DNA of 64,000 bases from Lama glama (Eukaryota), in the NCBI GenBank assembly GCA_028534125.1, contig CM052817.1, forward strand, positions 32,736,001 through 32,800,000. The letters are read 5' to 3'. Below, in pieces: positions 35,011 through 47,946 of this stretch. The stretch's first letter is position 1. Every line of letters begins with the position of its first letter. Below the pieces are notes generated by a model, which saw only the letters and a list, made by a program, of their open reading frames with translations, did no database searches and was not told where the DNA came from. Position numbers and translations under genes: made by a program.

Positions 35011-37999
35011 GATAGGAAGTCAAAGGTCTTGGATTATAGATCCAGCTTCATCACCAATTGCTGTGTGATCCTGAGCAAGTCACTTACCATCCCTGGGCCC
35101 TGGGCACCCTCATCTGTCCCCACAGTTTCCCTTGTGGCCTATGGATTCAGTGCAGTTTGAACAAAAGCCTAAATTATTGCAGATCAGTGAAAGAGAACAG
35201 ACTCAAGGTGGAGAAAAGGTCTGCCTGAGTGGAAACAGCTTCATAACTCAGGCATTAGGACTACAACATATGTTTGGGGGACACAATTCAACCCATAACA
35301 GATAGAAAGTCAAAGCTCCGGGATTATAGATCCAGCTTCATTACCAACTGCTGATGCCAGGACTGGGGTGGAGGGGACTGTGTAATGGGCTCCAGAGAGG
35401 ACTGGGTACTTCGAGTGGGGAATCAAAGGCACAGGATCCCTCCGGCAGCCAGGTCCTCAACTGAGCATCAGCATCAGAATCGCCGTGCTCCCCGCCAGGT
35501 ACCGGCGGCAGCTAACCCCCCGGACAGCACCCAGGATCATCAGTCCTGGAGCCCGTGACTCTCGGCTTCCAAATCTCATCATGAAACCAGCACTCACAGG
35601 TGAGACCCACTCAGCTCAGACAACTCAGTGTAATCAATCCAACTAAATATGCCTCCCCTTAGCCCAGCTTAAATATTTAGACAGTTACGGCAAATATGTG
35701 TTCCAAATGCAGAGGCTGGGAGTGGGTGAGAGGATTTTAGCTCTGGGTGAGACTGAAGAAACTTGACATGTTATTGAATTGAGGGCTGCAGAAGGTGAGG
35801 CCAGGCAGTTACACATCCCAGGAATGCGGATGTAGAGCTCAGTGTGTATCTGAGGCTGACAGGGTTTGACACTCTCCATCTGGGAACAATAACCCACCAG
35901 CAGCAGGCCAGGCCTCCCGGCTCTGTCCCTCTTGCTTTCCCGCTGCCATGGGCTCTGAGTGGGGAGGTGGTGGGGACATGAATGTCCCTGTTACTCTACG
36001 GTCCCTGGCTGCATGCAGGAGTCCTGGAAAAGGCAGGGCTGGGGGGCCGGCTCACCGAATGCTTGCAATTCCAGGAGCAGCAGGCTGAGGATAGAATCCA
36101 TTCTCCCCCCTCTGGGAGACCTGGGTGGAATGCCATGGCGGGGAAGGCAGTTTGGGATGCCAACGGGTCACCCAGCCGGCGGGCGACAGCGAGCCGCAGT
36201 GAGGCGGGGAGGTGGGGGGAGGTGGCCGGCAGTGTGTTCAGGGCACGTTGAACACCTCGGGCTTCTTTGTGAGAGTGGGGGAGGGGGCTTCCATCTGTGA
36301 AGTTCAAAGCGTCGTTCACAAACTTCCTCCGCTAATCCCCACTCTGATCTGAATTTTGTTGTGTAACTAAACTGATTACAAGAATTTGGTGAATCAGGTG
36401 AGGCTGGGCCTCTTGCACAGACTTCCTCAGGCTTGGCCCCCACGCGGCACACCGGCCCTGGGGCAGGGCAGTGAGGTGGGGGAAGCTGGTTTATGGCAGA
36501 GAATGCGGGAGGAGGAAGGCACCTGGGGGACCAGGTCACAGGCATGATGCTGAGGGGAGTGAATGTGAGAAGATAGATATGTGACTTCAAAATCTCCTTT
36601 CTGTGCCCCCGACTGACAGCCCCGACTACCTCCTGGTTATCTCCACGAGCCCATCGAACACAACATGCCCAGAGCTAAAGTCAGTGTCTCCTCCCACCCT
36701 ACTTCCTCCTGGCTGTACTGCCCTGACACCTGGGGGTCCTGGGGCCTCTGCCCCAGGGCACTTGGAAGCTCCCTCCTGCTGTCTTTCGGCTGTGCCCACC
36801 CAGAGCCCAGGCCAAGCCCCCAACAATCTTATGTGCCAAGGCCCAGAATTCCCCACACAAACAGCTCCAAGCTTCTCCTGGCATCTGTGCAGGCCTCTGG
36901 ACCCGGTCAGCGCCCCCCACACCACTCCTACTGGAGGATGCATTCTGCTGCTGGTGCAGGAGATGCTGTTTGTGTGGGGGGTGGGGTGTAGGCCAGAGGG
37001 TGCACGTGTAAGTCTCCCCACCATACCGTAGAGGGACAGGCTTTAGCCGCAGGTCCTGGCCCTGTGTTATCCAGCCCCAGGACACATCATCACCAGAGTT
37101 TCTGAAGCCAGAAACCCTGAGCCAGGCCCCCACCATCAGGTGTGAATACATCCTCCTGTCCCAAACAGATCCTCCTCGCCAACCAATCCCTAGGTTCTCG
37201 TGATGCCACCTCCAGGATGGCTCTCGAGTGCTTTGCCTTCTCTCCATCCAAACTGCCGCTGCCTCTCTCCGCTCTCCTGGATGGAGCAATGGCCCCATCA
37301 CTAGTTTCCCTGTCTCTATGCTTGCTCCTCTCCAACTCGTCCTCTGCACTGGCCAGAAGGCTCTCTCAGCCTTATATCTTGTGACTTCTTGGTTATTCAC
37401 AGTCTGAATGACCTCTACTTGACCTTCATCTCCACCTGGAGGTCAGCCCTGTGGCAGCCTTCCTGGACACTCCTGGATAGGGCCAAGGATCTGCCAGTGA
37501 ACTGCCAGGGAGCCTCACCCTTGGCCCCGGGCACGCCCCCTACACATTACAAGTGCCTGCGAATTTCCTATACCGTGAGGACTGTGGGGGCAGTGACACT
37601 GCAGGTGTTGATTCTTGGGTCCACAATACCTAGCACAATGTCTTGGGCAGGTTGGATGTTAAACAAATATGTGTTGAATGAATAAAGGGTCCAGACTGAT
37701 GGTGACATTGCTAAGACTGGGACCTAGGTCTCTTGTCAGAGCCAGGAAACTTCCCAGACCAAGAGTTTTTGAGGAGAGTTTAAACATTGCTGTTAAGCTA
37801 AGGCATCCTTGGAAATGTGCCAGCATGGAGAAAACTACTTACTGGAATCTGTCTGTAGGAGAGTAGAGTATAACATGGTTCAAAGAAAACTTAACATTCT
37901 CGGGGAATATTTGAGTAACCAGTAAATATGGTGCTTTATGAAGTGCTTTTTTGCTAGGTGGGTGTGCAAATTTGGGTCCAAAGCAGAATGGCTTCAGGA

Positions 38000-38435
38000 C
38001 AACAAACTGGAGAGTGTGCAGCTACTAGCATCCCTCATCCTCCCTTTTCCCTCAAACCACTCTCAGTGTATCTGCAGTCAGCAGTGGCCTTGTGGCCAAG
38101 CTCTGGCCTTTGAGATGCAAGCAGAACTGTTGTATGGGACTTCCAGGAAGGCCCTGCAAAAGATAAAGGGTGTAAATACTCTTTTTGACCTTCCTTGGTT
38201 CTTCCTTCCTGTTGCCTGGAATGTGGATGTAATGGCTGGAGCTCCCAGCAGCCATATAGGATCACGAGGCAAACTTGAAGATGAAAGCAGGGAACTAGGA
38301 TAGTGGAGCAGAAAGCTATGAGGAGCCTGGGTCCCTAATGAGTTTGTGGAGCCTCTAGACTTCCTTCATATGAGAGAAGAATAAACCTCTTGTTGAAGGT
38401 ACCACAATCAGGTCACTGATGCTAATAACTAAATG
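38000..38435 (+). mobile_element. MaLR LTR (MLT1J/K-like)
   Basis: gcctggaatgtggatgtaatggctggagctcccagcagccat...ggagcctgggtccctaatga...gagagaagaataaacc. Confidence 0.75.
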
Positions 38436-39539
38436 CTATTTCTAATTGATTTGGGCCGAATGGTTCACTTGCCTGGCTGTTACATGTTGCAGGTGGGTCA
38501 GCTCCTGGCCCTTGGCCCAGGGCTCTCCTCACTCTTTCTTTCTCTGCGTTCCTCTCCCTGCGTTGTCACAGTCTCAGGCACCCATGACCCCTGTGGGCTG
38601 CCCAGGAGCAAGCAATTCCCTCCCGGCGTGGCAAGGTGCACCCAGGCTCAGGTCATGCATCTGCGCGCAGTGGAGATGGGGTGCCAAAGCGGTTATTCGT
38701 AGGGGGAAATGAACATAAGCAAGACTCCACAACTGTTATCAGCAGAGGGACACTTTCTCGGAAGTTTGGGGCTTCTTGTTTACCATGGAACCTGTTTCCT
38801 GGAATACATTGATGAAATGTGACTGTTTTTTTTGAAATTACAGACAAAGAATGCCACCAGGATAGGATGTTCAGGGCACTTTGTGCAGCTCCTACAGGGA
38901 GGGACCCAGGGTGCAAGGGAGAAGTGAGGGGATCAGAGAGGACACTCGTCCTCTGGTGGGAAAGGGAGACAGAGTAAGAGGAGTGGAGGCAGACTCGCCA
39001 GTTCTTGGCTCCCTCGCCTCCTGTGCAACCACCCCTCTTCTGATGGTGCCATCACGTCTGCCGTAAGTGCCCCGTCAGTCGCTGGGCCTCTCGGACGTGC
39101 GTGCGGTTGTGGAGTTTTCCCCGATCTCAGAGACGTTCACAGTGGAGTGCTGTGGGCGGACTGCTGTGCGGGCGCCTCTGAGGGCAGGAGCCCGAGGGCT
39201 CAGAGAAGTGAGCCGACCTGCCCAGGATCACAAAGCTCTTCTAGCAGAGTCAGTTCAATAATGACAGTAACGCTTATAACTAAGAGCTGTATGATTATTA
39301 ACACAGCATAACATATAATCACTTGTTTTGTGACATTCTTCTCTGTTCTTTACCCATGTCAACTCCTCTGATCCTCAGAACAACCCCGTGGCGCACTCAG
39401 AGCCCCATCTCACAGGCAAGGAGACTGAGATGCTAGTAGGTTAACCGTCCTCCCAAAGCCGACCTGCTGGTTCACGGCAGAACCAGGATGGGGGGCCCCT
39501 CAGGCCAACGTTCCTTCTACCACAGCACAGGCACTTAAA

Positions 39540-39729
39540 AAATAGGTAAACAAGATTATACTGTGTAGCACAGGGAAACATATACAAGATCTTGTGGTAG
39601 CTCACAGCGAAAAAGAATGTGTCAGTGAGTATATGTATGTTCATGTAAAACTGAAAAATTGTGCTCTACACTGGAATTTGACACAACACTGTAAAATGAC
39701 TGTAACTCAATAAAAAATGTTTTAAAAAA
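39540..39729 (+). mobile_element. Camelid-type L1 3' end
   Basis: tactgtgtagcacagggaaacatatacaagatcttgtggtagctcacagcgaaaaagaatgtg...gactgtaactcaataaaaaa. Confidence 0.85.
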
Positions 39730-40108
39730 TGGCCTTGAAATTAGAGTCATTTTGGAAAAGACAAAATCTACTAGTTTCTGCCGGTGATGGGGAGCTTCCC
39801 TCTGCATGTGCCCAGGAGAGAGAGACTTGAGTGACAGGCTGGAGTCACATGTGGTGTTGGGGGGCAGGGCCCCAGAAGCAGGGAAGGCTTCGTTTCTTCC
39901 TCCCTGCCTGTTCTGCCCTCGTCCTCTTCCTGGGCACGGAAGGCCTGAATGGGCAGCTTGGCATGTAACATTCCCACAGGGTGGTATAAGCAGATGACCT
40001 TTGAGTATCTCTACTTGGGGACCAGTGACCCTTTAAACAACAGGCACCATGATAAAAAGCTGGTGCTTTATTTCTACACACAGGATCCCGTTCGAGATGC
40101 ACGAGAGG

Positions 40109-40840
40109 CCCTCCTACACTGTTGGTGGGAATGTAAATCAGTGCAGCCACTATGGAGGACAGTATGGAGGGTTATCAAAAAACTAAAAATAGACTTAACG
40201 TATGATCCACAATCCCACTCCTGGGCATATATCCAGAGAAAATGCTAATTTGAAAAGACANNNNNNNNNNNNNNNNNNNNNNNNNNNNNNNNNNNNNNNN
40301 NNNNNNNNNNNNNNNNNNNNNNNNNNNNNNNNNNNNNNNNNNNNNNNNNNNNNNNNNNNNNNNNNNNNNNNNNNNNNNNNNNNNNNNNNNNNNNNNNNNN
40401 NNNNNNNNNNNNNNNNNNNNNNNNNNNNNNNNNNNNNNNNNNNNNNNNNNNNTTAAGTGAAGTAAATCAGAAAGAGAAAGACAAATATCATATGATTTCA
40501 CTTATATGTGGAATCTAAAAAAAAAGATACAAATTTTATTTGCAAACCAGAAATAGATTTACAGACATAGAAAACAAACTATGGTTACCAAAGGGGAAAG
40601 CGAGGGAGGGATAAATTAGGAGTTTGGGATTAACGTATACACACTACTACATATAAAATAGATAAACAACAAAGACCTACTGTACAGCACAGGGAACTAT
40701 ATTCAATTTCTTGTAATAAGCTATAGTGGAAAAGAATCTGAAAAAAAAATGTACATGTATAACTGATTCACTTTGCTGTACACCTGAAACTAATACTGTA
40801 AATCAACTACACTTCAATAAAAAATAAAATTAAAAAGAAA
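40109..40840 (+). mobile_element. 5'-truncated L1 (ORF2 end and 3' UTR) with TSD, containing an N gap
   Basis: ccctcctacactgttggtgggaatgtaaat...cagccactatggag...A-rich tail; TSD gagatgcacgagagg (40094-40108) / gaaatgcatgagagg (40841-40855). Confidence 0.92.
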
Positions 40841-41189
40841 GAAATGCATGAGAGGAGCTTGACCAATAGCAGGTCCGTGGGGACTATTTATTGTCAGCTC
40901 TCACCTCCTACTTTTTCTTTCTTGAAAATGTAGTTTTTTAATATAAGCATTGTTTAAATATGGATATCTGTATTTATGATTCTGAAACATAATCTCCAAG
41001 GGTGAGGGAGCTTCTGGGGATTAGTGACCTTTTCTGTGACAGAAGAGTGGACCTGGCCCAGGCTACTAAGGAGACACCCAGTGTCTGGTGAGGTGGCCCA
41101 TGCTCAGGTGCTTTATTTGACAGCCATCACTGGACCCCTTCTCTTTTCATCTGACTCACTCCCTTTATGATCTCGTGCCCGAGTGACAT

Positions 41190-41389
41190 CTCACCCACAA
41201 CTCTCACAATCACATCCAACTGTCTACGCACCCATTTCTGCTTGGATGTCCTGGGACACCACAGACCGACACATTCAAATGGAATGCCCCATCATCTCCT
41301 TGTAGATGCCTTGCCCACAGCTGCCCCAACTCAGTTAATAGAAACCATCTTCCAAGATTTTAGGCCAAGAGCCTTGGAGCTATCCCTGA

Positions 41390-41425
<36 letters not shown>

Positions 41426-41645
41426 CCTGACATCCAGACTCTCAGAAAATCCTATAGGTTCGACTTTCAAGATATTTCCAGAATTTGACACTCTTGCCAT
41501 CCTCACTGCCACTCCCTTGGTCCAAGTCACTCTCTTCTCCTTATTGCAGTGGCCTCCTAGTAGGCCACCTGGCTCCCACTCTTGGTCATTTCTGTCTCTC
41601 AACATGGCAGCCAGAATGAACCGGTTAAAACGACAGTGAGATCAC
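41190..41645. mobile_element. L2 fragment with an internal (TC)n tract at ~41393-41422
   Basis: cttggatgtc...tcagttaatagaaaccatcttcc...ggcagccagaatga. Confidence 0.75.
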
Positions 41646-41789
41646 CTTCTAGTGACCCTAGGGGTCTGAGCAAGGACTATGGCTTCCTGCTGGGAGTTAA
41701 GAAGCCACCGCAGCCTGGTTCTCCTGGCTTTCCATCAGTTCTGTGTACACCCAATATCCTTCAGTACGCTGCCTTTGGTTCAGTTAAGC

Positions 41790-41985
41790 ACCAACTCTGG
41801 AGTCAGAAAATGGGATTCAAATCCCAGTACCACCACTAGTGCTGCAATCTTGGGTAGGTTACTTGCTCCCTCTGTACCTCTATGTCCTCCTCTGTAAGCA
41901 TGTGTACAATAACAGGACAGACTAGTGAATTATTGGGAGGATTAAACAAGTTAATACATACAAACACTCAGAATTGGTGAGCCTT
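41790..41985 (+). mobile_element. MIR SINE
   Basis: ctctggagtcaga...gggattcaaatcccagtacc...ttgggtaggttactt. Confidence 0.75.
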
Positions 41986-41992
41986 ATTTAAC

Positions 41993-42006
41993 GTGTGTGT
42001 GTGTGT

Positions 42007-42045
<39 letters not shown>
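41993..42045 (+). repeat. (GT)n microsatellite, interrupted
   Basis: Seen directly. Confidence 0.95.
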
Positions 42046-42046
<1 letters not shown>

Positions 42047-43082
42047 TGGGGGACTCTAAAGGAGCTGAATACCAGAAGACAAGGCACATGGGGACCATCT
42101 TGGAAACTAGTCACCACGTTCCTCTCAAGGAAACTGGCGTATGGTTAGGAAAGAGGATTAGATGCTGCAAACCCAAAATGAAACATGCCACACACACCAC
42201 CCCCCAGATATCTACTGGGGCCCACTAGTATCTCCTTCACAGGGCTGTCCTGAGGATGCACGTGGTGTTGGACACTTGGCACATGGCAAGCAATCAACAG
42301 ATGTTAGGTGTTGCTCTAGTTGTTTGTTACAGTTTCAGCTTGCTCGTCCATTCCTGCCCTGATCAAATCTACCAGCCAAGTGTCAGCAGTGCTTTTGCCC
42401 TAACTGGCATCTGCTTCCTTCACCTCTGATTGACTTCAGAGCACTCAGTCCTCAGCACCCACTGCAACCGTGGCGCCTGGTTCTCTCTCGCTGCTGTCCT
42501 GCCACCTGTCCACTTCCCCTCCTCTTTCCTGAGAACATGTAGCGACTCCATGCTGTCTTTTTATTCCATCTTTGAGTCCTGCTCTCTATCCAACTTCTCA
42601 TCTTCCCCTTTATTATTTCTTGCTGTGACTAATTGGTTTAAACTGTCCCCTGGAATTTCTATCTGTTCCAGACGTTAACGGGTCTTAGAAAGGAGAACCC
42701 TAAAATCCTTCCCTGCCACGGTCAGGAGATGCAGAAGGGGGGCTTCCTTGTGCAAAATATACTATACTCTTGAACATAAATACATCATTTTGTGGTTTAC
42801 AAAGTAATTTCATATTTATCAAGGGGCAAAATCCCATCCTGGTAATGAAGTAAAATCTGCTTAAATTCTAAACTCCCACAGAAGCAGGGTGAAGTTGAGC
42901 TCCTAGAGGGGCTGGGGGATCTCCTAGACATCATAGAGCTTGTGGTGAGTCTGAATGCTGCTGCTTCTACATCTGAAATCCTGCACACTCTACCCTGAGA
43001 ACCTGCTGCTTGCACAATGAGCAGCACACATTGATTCATTCATTCAATTATCCTTAATAGATACTGTAAAGAATCAGCTACA

Positions 43083-43222
43083 GAGGGCAGGGTATAGCTC
43101 AGTGTTAGAGCATGGGCCTAACATGCACAAGGTCCTGGGTTCAATCCCCAGTACCTTCATCAAAACAAACAGATAAAAACCTAATTACACCCCCCAAGTT
43201 TTTAAAATAAATATATTTTTAA
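43083..43222 (+). mobile_element. Camelid-type tRNA-derived SINE with TSD, inserted in an L2 tail
   Basis: A box tagctcagtgttagag, B box gggttcaatccc, A-rich tail; TSD aaagaatcagcta (43068-43080) / aaagaattagcta (43223-43235). Confidence 0.88.
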
Positions 43223-43479
43223 AAAGAATTAGCTATGAATCACTTACTATTCTGGGTGCTGGGTTACGGCAATAAGGCTGACTCCACCCCTACAGTCGTG
43301 GAGCTGAGTTTGCGGGGCTGGGGGTGCTGGATGGGGTGGTGGAAGAGATATTAAAGTAATCATTACACAATATTGAATTCTATGGTTTAACTCCGGTTGT
43401 TGCAGAGGGAAGAGCACAGGATGCGAGGAGGCAGTTTGACAGAATATCTGACCCTATCACCTGTCCCAGCTTGCCCCCT

Positions 43480-43870
43480 ACCCGCCAGCGCTGTCCTGCT
43501 CTAGCCGTAAGGGACTGACCCCTGAGGCTGTTTGCCAGGAGAAGGCTGGAGGGTGGGGAGAAAATATAAGATATTTTTGTTCCCTTTCCCTCCCTGGCTG
43601 GGTGATATCTCCTCCGTGACCCCAGCTCCCACCAGACAGGCCTGCTTTGGGTATGGCTCCTTTCTGGGGCCTCCCGCCTTGGCTCTGCTTGTCCCATCTC
43701 CTCCCTCTGTCTCCCCAGCCTTCGAGTGGTAGCTGCTTCCTGCTGTTGCCAACTTCAGGACCGTCTCCTGGTTGGCTCTTCCATCACCCCGTGACAAATT
43801 CCTCGGAATGCATTCCCTGTTGGACAACCATAGAGCTTTTTCTTCGCCTAGATGGACTCAGACTGATGTA
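43480..43870 (+). mobile_element. ERVL-type LTR (LTR16-like)
   Basis: gccaggagaaggctggagggtgggg...agtggtagctgcttcctgctgttgc...ttccctgttggacaaccataga. Confidence 0.55.
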
Positions 43871-45559
43871 ACTGCTCTTTGTATTTTCAACCCCAACCAT
43901 CACACATGCTGTAGGGCTTGCTGCTCACATGGAGCTGAGCTGTGACTCTGTCATGAACGGTGCCTGGCTGTGCCCTGTCCTAGGTCATGGCACAAGCCTG
44001 CAGCCCCGGGTGGTGAGCAGAGAGGGCCACAGCACTGAGCAGAAAGTACTCAGGTGGGACAGGGGCAGGGATGTTAATTTCCTCACTGTGGAGGCAAGGA
44101 AACTGTCCTAGACCTTCAAGTTTCCTGATTCCCAGCCCATTTCCTTTTAGAACCCACCTGTCACCTCCACGGTCCCACCCACTACCCAAGGCAGGGCAAT
44201 CCTTCCACCTGCACCCCCCATTCACCTGGCTGCATCACTATCCAAGCATCATTTGTCTCCCCCCACAATCCTCAAGTCTCACCCAGAAGTGCTGTGGTTT
44301 CCCTGGTGTCCTGGGGTGAAGGGGGAAATCTGGACTGTTACTGAAGCAGAACAGTGGTCCCTAGTCCAGGGGATCAGCCAGCAGCATGATCAGAAAGTGA
44401 GTTGGGACTGCTGATGGAAGGGCAGGAAAGGGTGACATGCCCAGCAGTGAGTCTCTTGTCTCTGAGCCCCAGACTCTTCCAGTGCCCACTACCCCAAACA
44501 GCAGCAGGTTAAAATTGATACAGCCTCTCGGTCCCAGACTGGCTGCTGGAGCACAAAGGAGGACGAGGACCAGACAGAGTTTTCTACCCGAGACAAATGC
44601 TTCTCTCATCCAGCCCCATGTGCAGAAAGCCTGACTACCCCAGAAATGGCAGCCAAAAAATCCACCCTCCTCATAATCCTACAGTTTCCCACTAATCAGA
44701 TGTCTAGACAAGAACGGTTCCTGCCCCCTTTCCTGTTTGCAAATCTGCCTTGACAAGTCGTATCCTCCTGACAGTACCATGAAAACGCTCTTTATTTGCT
44801 CTGCGGGCCTTCTGCGACTGGGTTGCTGGAAATACTATTAGTTTCTGAATCAGCTCACTTCTCTGGAAATCATGCTCTGATATTCTTCTGCTTAAATTTC
44901 ATTCCCTGGAGAGGAAAGTTGTTAACAAGGCAATTAGTATTGTCTGAGTTTAAGTAGAGGACTGTGGGGTTCTTGGCCAGATGGCCTGCGAGTTAAACCT
45001 GATTCAGGGTCACAGTGACTCTGGAGAGGGTGCCATTCTCATTGTAGCCCCAACTCCTCCCGCCATGGGTTCAGACATCACCATCTTAAATGCCATCTGG
45101 AAAAGCCACCATCTTTACTGTGCATCTTTAATGCCGTGAGGAAAATGGTGGGGAGAGGGGTTTCAGTTTCTATGCATCCACTTGAGAATAGGAGAGGCTC
45201 TCATTTAATTCCTCCCCTTGGTACACTAACAGAATGGAGGATGAAAGCAAGACCTATTTATATATTTTTAAATTAGTAATAGAATAGTAGGAATCAAGAG
45301 AATGAACCCCCAGTTTCTTATCTGAGGAGCTAGGGGAGCTGGGCACTGGGCTTATGGTCCTCACCACCCCCACCTCCCTCCAAACATCACCCAACTCACG
45401 CCTTACTCTGAGAACAGGACCCAGGGATGGTGTCTCCCTCAAGATCAGAGATGGCTGCAACAACTCCCTTTGACATCGAAAAAAAAAAAAAACAACCAAT
45501 GTCTTTATTATTCTTCGAAAACAGAACATGCATATGGTATTTGGAGCCTCTCTATTTGC

Positions 45560-45755
45560 ATTCAAATGCCAGCTCTACCACTTACTAGAGGTCTACACTC
45601 TATGTACCTCAGTTTTCCATCTGTAAAATGGTCGCAATAATGGTTCCGACCTCTTAGGGTATGGTGAGGAGTAAATGAGTTTAAACATGTGAAGTGCTTA
45701 CAACAGTACCTGGTAGGTAATATGTGGCAAATCAGTGTTAGCAGTGGTAACAATA
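45560..45755 (+). mobile_element. MIR SINE
   Basis: ttcaaatgccagctctaccacttactag...cctcagttttccatctgtaaaatgg...gtgaagtgcttacaacagtacctgg. Confidence 0.85.
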
Positions 45756-47897
45756 CCTTCGGAAAAGTTTTAAAATTCAAACTTTATAAATGCATATATA
45801 GTGAAAAGTTAAAGTTCTTTTGAACTTGATCTGAAGGCTCCTAGTTTCCCTCTCCAGAAGCCCCACGGTTACCAGTGTACTAGCTATCAGTCAAGAGCCA
45901 TCCAAAGCATATTTTTCAGTGCAGATATGGTCATTTATATTGACATACACACAATGGAGGGAGAGAAAGCTACAGATACAGATAACTCCCAGTCAAAACC
46001 AAAACCATATTATACACTGGTCTGTAGTTTTTTTTTAAGTATAAGAAAAAGATTTGTTGCAAATCAGAAAACAATCAAAAGATTGTTCTGCATGAATCCC
46101 TACAGATCCAGCTCATTCTCCACAATTGCAGAGGCCCCTCCGCCTGGACAGAGAGTGATCCCTTTAACCTGCCGTAGTGCATTTGGGTTGTTTCATCCTC
46201 TTTGCCGGGATGGCTTTGGCTCCTACCCCACTGCTCTTTCCCTTCCCCCATCCCTCCATGAGTCTTTTTGTGAGAAAGTTGAAGCAGACCCTCAGGTCTC
46301 CTGAAATGATCAGGCCCCGAGCTAACTCTGGACAAGAGCCGGGCAGCTTCTGGAAGCAGACTCCGCCTCCAGGCTGCCCGCCCTCCCTAAAGTCTATGAG
46401 AAAAACTCAGAATACCTGGGTCTGGTCAGAAACATTAGAAAAGTTTGTCGAATTTTAAAACGGATAGGAATGATTTTCAAGAAACCATTCCAAGAAGGTA
46501 GATTTCGGATGTATCAATAATTGCAGATCATAGACAGATGAGAGCCTGCATGCATATTTGCACATCACACTTGTTTTTCTGGTTTTTAGGAACCCAAAGA
46601 ACAAGCCATTATACATGTATGGCTGTTTATCTCACTTTCTGAATTAGGGTTTTTTGATTTTTTCCAGTTGCTCTTAGAGAACGTTTAATTTTAGCATCAC
46701 AATAATGAAAGCTCTGGAAAATAGCCTTCTTCCCACCCTGACAGGTTTTCAGACGCAGTAACTTCAGGTACAAATAACAGTTGGCAAGTTAGAGTACTGT
46801 CTTTGGATAACAAGACGAGAAGGAAAAAACACGTCTCCATTTCTCTTGAAACATCTTCTGAAAGCGAAACCTTGACACAAAATTTTGAATGTTAGTGAGC
46901 GTGTTTGAAATAACTGAAAGGTCACTGGGGAGGCAGCTCTAGGATAATCGAAGATCGCTGTTTTCAGCCAGATGGGCCTGTGTTTGAACCCACCCCTTAC
47001 TGGCTGTGTCACCTTGGTGACTGGCCCTCCACAAACCTGGGAGGCCTGTGCTTCGACACGGGAATCAGGCAAACCGTGAGGATCAGTGAGAGGAGTGGGA
47101 GGAGAAATGAGAACCAGCATGGGTGAGCCTGGCAGGTAGCAAGCGCTCAATAAATATTCATCACTGAAAGGGCCTGACGTCACCGTACGGGGAGCACAGA
47201 GAAGATGGAAGAGCCTGGCCGCCGTCCTCGTCTCTCTTTCCTTTTTCACTTTTGTCTCTGTGAATGGGAGTGAGGGAGCCAGGGCCCCCACCTCACAAAG
47301 GGCCAGTGTCTGCGGGCTCGGTGACGGCTGGGAGGCCCATTAGGCTGATGTGGGGCCCCCCGAGTTCTCATATGGTTTTCATATCACCGGGCTTGTTTTG
47401 ACTTCCACAAGCTTTCTCGCCACAATCCCTCTGTGACCCTGGGGGAGGAAGTGAGGGCTGCACACACAGATGCAGCCGAGGGTACGAGAAAGGAAAACAC
47501 CTCCCCGGCCCGCACAGAACCCCCTAGAACGGTCCCCCGCAGGGACCGTCTCCTCACTCCCCTTCCCAGGCTCCCAGCCTCTGGCCCGGGCTGGCCTCCC
47601 AAGGACTCAGTCATGTCTGCTCTTTCTTCCCAGAGGAGGCCTGGCGGGGGAATTTGGCAGGCGAACAAAAGCCGTGAGCGGGTCTGGCCTGGCCCAGGCA
47701 GTCCTCGGGCTCTGCGGGGCTGACATGGGCGGGTCCCTCCATCAGCTGCCCTTTGATGATTGCTCCTCTGGCCAGTTCTAATTCAGGCCCCTGGTCATCC
47801 AGAAATAGCGCCGGGTCACGGATATCAAGCCCTTCCTAGGTGCTGGGTAATGGACTGGGTTCTGGATACAGCTTGTGAGCACTGTGTGAAGCCACTT

Positions 47898-47946
47898 CAA
47901 TAATAATGATGATGGTGATAATGATAATAATAATAATAATAATAAT
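47898..47946 (+). repeat. (AAT/GAT)n trinucleotide repeat
   Basis: Seen directly. Confidence 0.9.

Noticed and set aside
35950-37700. Cluster of overlapping 80-233 aa ORFs
   Set aside because: GC-rich sequence partly derived from L2, with ORFs in many frames on both strands and no domain similarity.
43083-43160. tRNA gene
   Set aside because: A and B boxes are present, but it has an A-rich tail, a TSD and a second diverged copy at 15596-15708, so it is a SINE.
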